DNA of 64,000 nt, taken from NCBI GenBank assembly GCA_963668025.2, contig CAXXTH010000010.1:96001-160000 (forward strand). Reading direction: 5' to 3'. Positions 60,426 to 64,000 of the stretch are shown in pieces (the first letter of the stretch is position 1; every line of letters starts with the position of its first letter). The notes below the pieces were generated by a model that searched no databases, was not told the DNA's origin, and saw nothing but the letters and a program-made list of their open reading frames with translations. The position numbers were made by a program, and so were the translations under genes. This stretch comes from Candidatus Hydrogenedentota bacterium (GTDB lineage Bacteria > Hydrogenedentota > Hydrogenedentia > Hydrogenedentales > SLHB01).

Positions 60426-60477
60426 AACAAAACGAGCGGGACGGCTTACGACAAACCGCCCCGCACGATAAATAATA

Positions 60478-61557
60478 CTAGATGGTCGCCACCAGATTCG
60501 CGACGGCGTCGCCGATCTTCGTGGTGGACATGCCGGAGTCTTTGATCTCTTTCGCGGACATGCCAGGCAGGACGCCGGATTCCAGGAATTGGGTGCAGGC
60601 GCGGTCGATGCACGCGGCGGCTTCGGTCTCGCCCAGATGCTCGAGCATCATTTCACCGGCAAAGATGCTGGCCAGCGGGTTGATGACATTCAATCCCGTA
60701 TATTTAGGTGCGCTGCCGCCGATGGGCTCGAACATGGACACGCCCTCGGGATTGATGTTGCCGCCCGCCGCGATGCCCATGCCGCCTTGCACCATGGCCC
60801 CAAGGTCCGTGATGATATCGCCGAACATGTTGCCCGTCACGATGACATCAAACCATTCGGGATTTTTCACCATCCACATCGTGATGGCGTCCACGTGGGC
60901 GTAATCGCGCTTAATGTCCGGGTAATCTTTCGCGCCCACTTCATGGAAGGCGCGCTCCCAAAGGTCGTATACATAGGTCAGTACGTTCGTCTTGCCGCAC
61001 AGCGTGAGCTTGTTGTCTTTATTGCGCTTGCGGGCATACTCGAAGGCGTAGCGCAGGCAGCGCTCGACTTGGTGCCTCGAGTAGATCATGAGCTGCGTGG
61101 CGATCTCATGCTCCGTGCCTTTTTGTACGAATCCGCCATTGCCGGTGTACAGGCCGCTCGAGTTTTCACGCACGACAACGAAGTCGATGTCTTTCGGCCC
61201 CTTGTTTTTGATGGGCGTTTCGACGTTGGGATAGAGTTTAACGGGGCGCAAGTTGATGTATTGGTCGAGTTCGAAGCGCACGCGCAGCAAGATGCCTTTT
61301 TCAAGGATGCCCGGCTTGACATCGGGATGGCCGATGGCCCCCAGCAAGATGGCATCATATTTTCGGAGTTCATCGCATGCGTTATCAGGCAACACTTCGC
61401 CCGTGCGGAGATAACGGTCGCCGCCAAAATCGTACAGATTGGTTTCCAGCTTGATGCCAAACCGCTGCGCGGCGGCATTGGCGACTTTCAGCGCTTCAGT
61501 CAACACTTCCGGGCCTGTTCCGTCGCCAGGCATCAGCGCGATCTTGTAGGTGGACAT
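60478..61557 (-). CDS. leuB: 3-isopropylmalate dehydrogenase (beta-decarboxylating dehydrogenase family)
   Basis: PGDGTGPEV, INLRP, VVREN, KTNVL, NMFGDIITD, FEPIGGSAP. Substrate specificity not certain. Confidence 0.8.
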   Translation of the reverse strand: MSTYKIALMPGDGTGPEVLTEALKVANAAAQRFGIKLETNLYDFGGDRYLRTGEVLPDNACDELRKYDAILLGAIGHPDVKPGILEKGILLRVRFELDQYINLRPVKLYPNVETPIKNKGPKDIDFVVVRENSSGLYTGNGGFVQKGTEHEIATQLMIYSRHQVERCLRYAFEYARKRNKDNKLTLCGKTNVLTYVYDLWERAFHEVGAKDYPDIKRDYAHVDAITMWMVKNPEWFDVIVTGNMFGDIITDLGAMVQGGMGIAAGGNINPEGVSMFEPIGGSAPKYTGLNVINPLASIFAGEMMLEHLGETEAAACIDRACTQFLESGVLPGMSAKEIKDSGMSTTKIGDAVANLVATI

Positions 61558-61781
61558 GTGCGTGCTCTCCTTCCGTCGGTCTACGTTGGTAAAAAATGCG
61601 CAGGCAGATCCGCCGCGCAAGCGCTCGAATGGTATCATGTGGAGGGCTTTTGATCAAAAGAACGAAGGAGGTGAATGGAAGGCTCGATAACTCGTCTATT
61701 TGTGTAATGGGGACTAAGCGCCATTGCTTGCGTGTTGTCCTTATGTAACGGCGCGAGTATGCGCCAAGGAGGGAGAATCTG

Positions 61782-62456
61782 ATGAGACGGTATACACTGG
61801 CGTTCGCCTTAGCCTCATTCGTGGTGGTGCTGGGCTGCACGTTGCGCACGGAACACAAGATCGACGCGACCATCCGCATCGAGATCCGCCATATCCAGGA
61901 ACAGGCCAGCGACGCACTAGATTACATCGCAGGCGAAACCGATAAGGCCCCGGATATCCAGATTGCGCCGGAACCTAAAAAGGGCGCTTTTCTACTCGAA
62001 CACACCCGCATGCTGCTGTCGCCCGTGAGCACCGCCTATGCCCAGGAGAAGACGGCCAATACGGAAAAGGCCAAGGCTTGCCTCGACCGCATGCGTGAGC
62101 GGTATGCCGCCGTGCGCCAGTTGAAGGATGCGGGCTGCCTGGGCGAGACGAACCAGGGCTATCTGAAAGCGCTCGATGGGGATGCGGCCAAGAAAAGCGA
62201 AGCGGAGCGCATCGCCGCCGAAGAAAATGCGGACCGGAAAACCTACTACGGCGAGATCGTGGCCGCCAACAAAGGCGTGGATAGCATCGATAAAGTCGAG
62301 AAGGCTTATGCCCAGGCGTTCCTGAAAAAGTCGAAAGCGGGCGATCATGTGCAACTTCCCACTGATGGAGCGGATTTTGGCGCGTTCAAGGCTTCCGAAA
62401 TGGGCAAGCGCCTCGGCGATGAGGCCAAGCCCGGCGCGTGGGTCGTGTTGAAGTAA
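61782..62456 (+). CDS. DUF1318/YdbL-like lipoprotein
   Basis: Lipobox VLGC; LKDAGCLGETNQGYL and EENADRKTYY motifs. Confidence 0.75.
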   Translation: MRRYTLAFALASFVVVLGCTLRTEHKIDATIRIEIRHIQEQASDALDYIAGETDKAPDIQIAPEPKKGAFLLEHTRMLLSPVSTAYAQEKTANTEKAKACLDRMRERYAAVRQLKDAGCLGETNQGYLKALDGDAAKKSEAERIAAEENADRKTYYGEIVAANKGVDSIDKVEKAYAQAFLKKSKAGDHVQLPTDGADFGAFKASEMGKRLGDEAKPGAWVVLK

Positions 62457-62468
62457 ATACAAGATAAC

Positions 62469-62607
62469 TCTGGGGAACCCTTTCTTGAAAGAAAGGGTTC
62501 CCCAGACCCCTCCCAAAGAACTTTGATTACGCTTCGCGGCAAGACAAAACGAAAAGTTTTTGGAAAGGGGTGCGGGGAGAACCTTTTTCCATAAAGGTTC
62601 TCCCCGC
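62469..62607. repeat. Three-hairpin intergenic repeat, copy 2
   Basis: Homologous to 1254-1390, same orientation; lies between convergent genes. Confidence 0.9.
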
Positions 62608-62613
62608 TTTCTC

Positions 62614-64000
62614 TTATCCTTGCCCCAGCATTTCCAGCACGGTTTTCACCATGTCCGCGCGCGCCACCGTGACCTGCCCGGCCTTGCCCGCTTCGCGGTA
62701 GGCATCGCGATCCTCGATGCCCGCGCGCTGGGCCATGCCCTCCTGCAAATCTTTGATGGACACCTGCCCGTTGGCCAGTTCGTCCTCGCCGATGATCACC
62801 GCCACGGGCACTCCGTAATGGTTGGCATGGGAGAGCTGGTTGCCCATGGACATTTTCTTCCGGCTGGCGAAAAAGGCCTCCGCGCGCAATCCAGCGGTGC
62901 GGAGTTCCGCCGTGAGACGAAGCGTTTCCGCCCGGGGAACGCGGCCCATGGTGGCCACGAGCACTTGAACACGGGGACAGGTCTTCGGCATCGCCCCCAC
63001 TTCCGCCAAGGCCGCCATCAGGCGTTCGAGCCCTACGGCCATGCCCGTCGAGGGCGTGGGCCGGTTCACAAACCGTTCGACCAGCCCATCGTAGCGCCCG
63101 CCGCCCATGACCGAGCCGAACTGGGGCGCGGCGGGGATGATCGCCTCGAATACGGGGCCGGTGTAATAATCCAGTCCGCGCGCCAGGCTCGGATCGAAAT
63201 GCGCATGCTCCTCCGAGACGCCCAGGGCGTCGAGGCATTCCGCCAGTTCGCGCATCTCGGCCACGGCGGCGCTGGTTTTCTCGCTCTCGGGCAGCGCCGC
63301 TGCCACATGCTCGACGACCTCCATCCGCGATGCGCCCGTCACGGCGATGTAGCTCAACACGTGCTCGATCTGCTCCGGCGCGAGCTGCACGCCGGGGATG
63401 GGATCGCCTGACTCGTCAATACGCCCCGGACCCAATTCGAGCCGGATGTTGTCCACGCCCACCTTGGCCAGCTTGTCGATGACGCGCAAGACATGCTTCT
63501 GGCGCTCGAGTTCGGGGATGCCGAGGCCATCGAGCAGCGCGTCGATCAGCTTGCGGTTATTGACGAGCACCGTATAGCTGGGCATGCCGATGGCGGCCAT
63601 GACAGTGCACATGACGGCGATGATCTCCGCATCCACGGCCACCGAGTCCGCGCCCGCCGCGTCGATGTCGAACTGGGTGAACTGGCGGAACCTGCCCGGA
63701 CCGGGCTTGTCGGCGCGCCACACCGGACCCATGGCATAGCGCCGGAACGGCGTTTTTAGTTGCTCGGGGTATTGCGCCAACAGCCGCGCAAACGGCACCG
63801 TGTGGTCGAAACGCAACGCGATGGCCTCGCCCTCGGGGCTTTCCAGGCGGAACAATTCCTTGTTGGTGTTTTCGCCGCCCGTGCCGAGAAGGACATCCAG
63901 GTATTCGAGGGCGGGCGTCTCGATGGGAGCGAACCCGAACCGCTGGAATACATCCTCGATGCGGCAGATGATCTCCTTACGTGCAGCCGCATCTTCCGGC
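62614..64000 (-). CDS. hisS: Histidine--tRNA ligase (5' end outside window)
   Basis: ALRFDHTVP, WRADKPGPGRFRQFTQFD, ARGLDYYTG, GGGRYD, IIGEDE. Confidence 0.95.
   Translation of the reverse strand, partial: PEDAAARKEIICRIEDVFQRFGFAPIETPALEYLDVLLGTGGENTNKELFRLESPEGEAIALRFDHTVPFARLLAQYPEQLKTPFRRYAMGPVWRADKPGPGRFRQFTQFDIDAAGADSVAVDAEIIAVMCTVMAAIGMPSYTVLVNNRKLIDALLDGLGIPELERQKHVLRVIDKLAKVGVDNIRLELGPGRIDESGDPIPGVQLAPEQIEHVLSYIAVTGASRMEVVEHVAAALPESEKTSAAVAEMRELAECLDALGVSEEHAHFDPSLARGLDYYTGPVFEAIIPAAPQFGSVMGGGRYDGLVERFVNRPTPSTGMAVGLERLMAALAEVGAMPKTCPRVQVLVATMGRVPRAETLRLTAELRTAGLRAEAFFASRKKMSMGNQLSHANHYGVPVAVIIGEDELANGQVSIKDLQEGMAQRAGIEDRDAYREAGKAGQVTVARADMVKTVLEMLGQG

Overview
A 64-kb bacterial chromosomal window from a diderm organism, most likely Candidatus Hydrogenedentota. 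That assignment is an inference from a DUF1559 prepilin-like protein with the '[17 protein letters not shown]...H-x9-DG' tail, plus bamA together with Firmicutes-like mcsA-mcsB-clpC. Layout: (1) rlmD-like methyltransferase, comEA and tatA; (2) a ~16-kb carbohydrate-use locus without SusC/D (AraC, two tandem GH2 paralogues, DUF1559 pilin-like protein, Gfo/Idh/MocA oxidoreductase, sodium:solute symporter, Calx-beta secreted protein, GH78-like hydrolase); (3) a rearranged IS junction where an intact IS1380-family element joins a 5'-truncated IS4/IS701-like transposase to a 3'-truncated BlaR1-DUF1559 fusion, with blaI upstream; (4) housekeeping genes: UvrD/Rep helicase, secDF-yajC-tgt, sdhCA without sdhB, mcsA-mcsB-clpC-bamA, envelope-modification genes, heptose kinase, lpdA, nadX-rplU-rpmA-obgE-proB-proA-nadD-yqeK-methyltransferase, leuB and partial hisS. 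Best leads: an McsB that lacks essentially all kinase catalytic residues (candidate pseudokinase adaptor); a BlaR1 sensor carrying a DUF1559 pilin-like domain; a GTAAC...GTTAC MITE family (8-bp target duplication) whose copies carry different palindrome doublets; and many distinct extragenic palindrome families. No rRNA, tRNA or CRISPR array was recognised. All assignments come from reading motifs by eye; no database searches were run.
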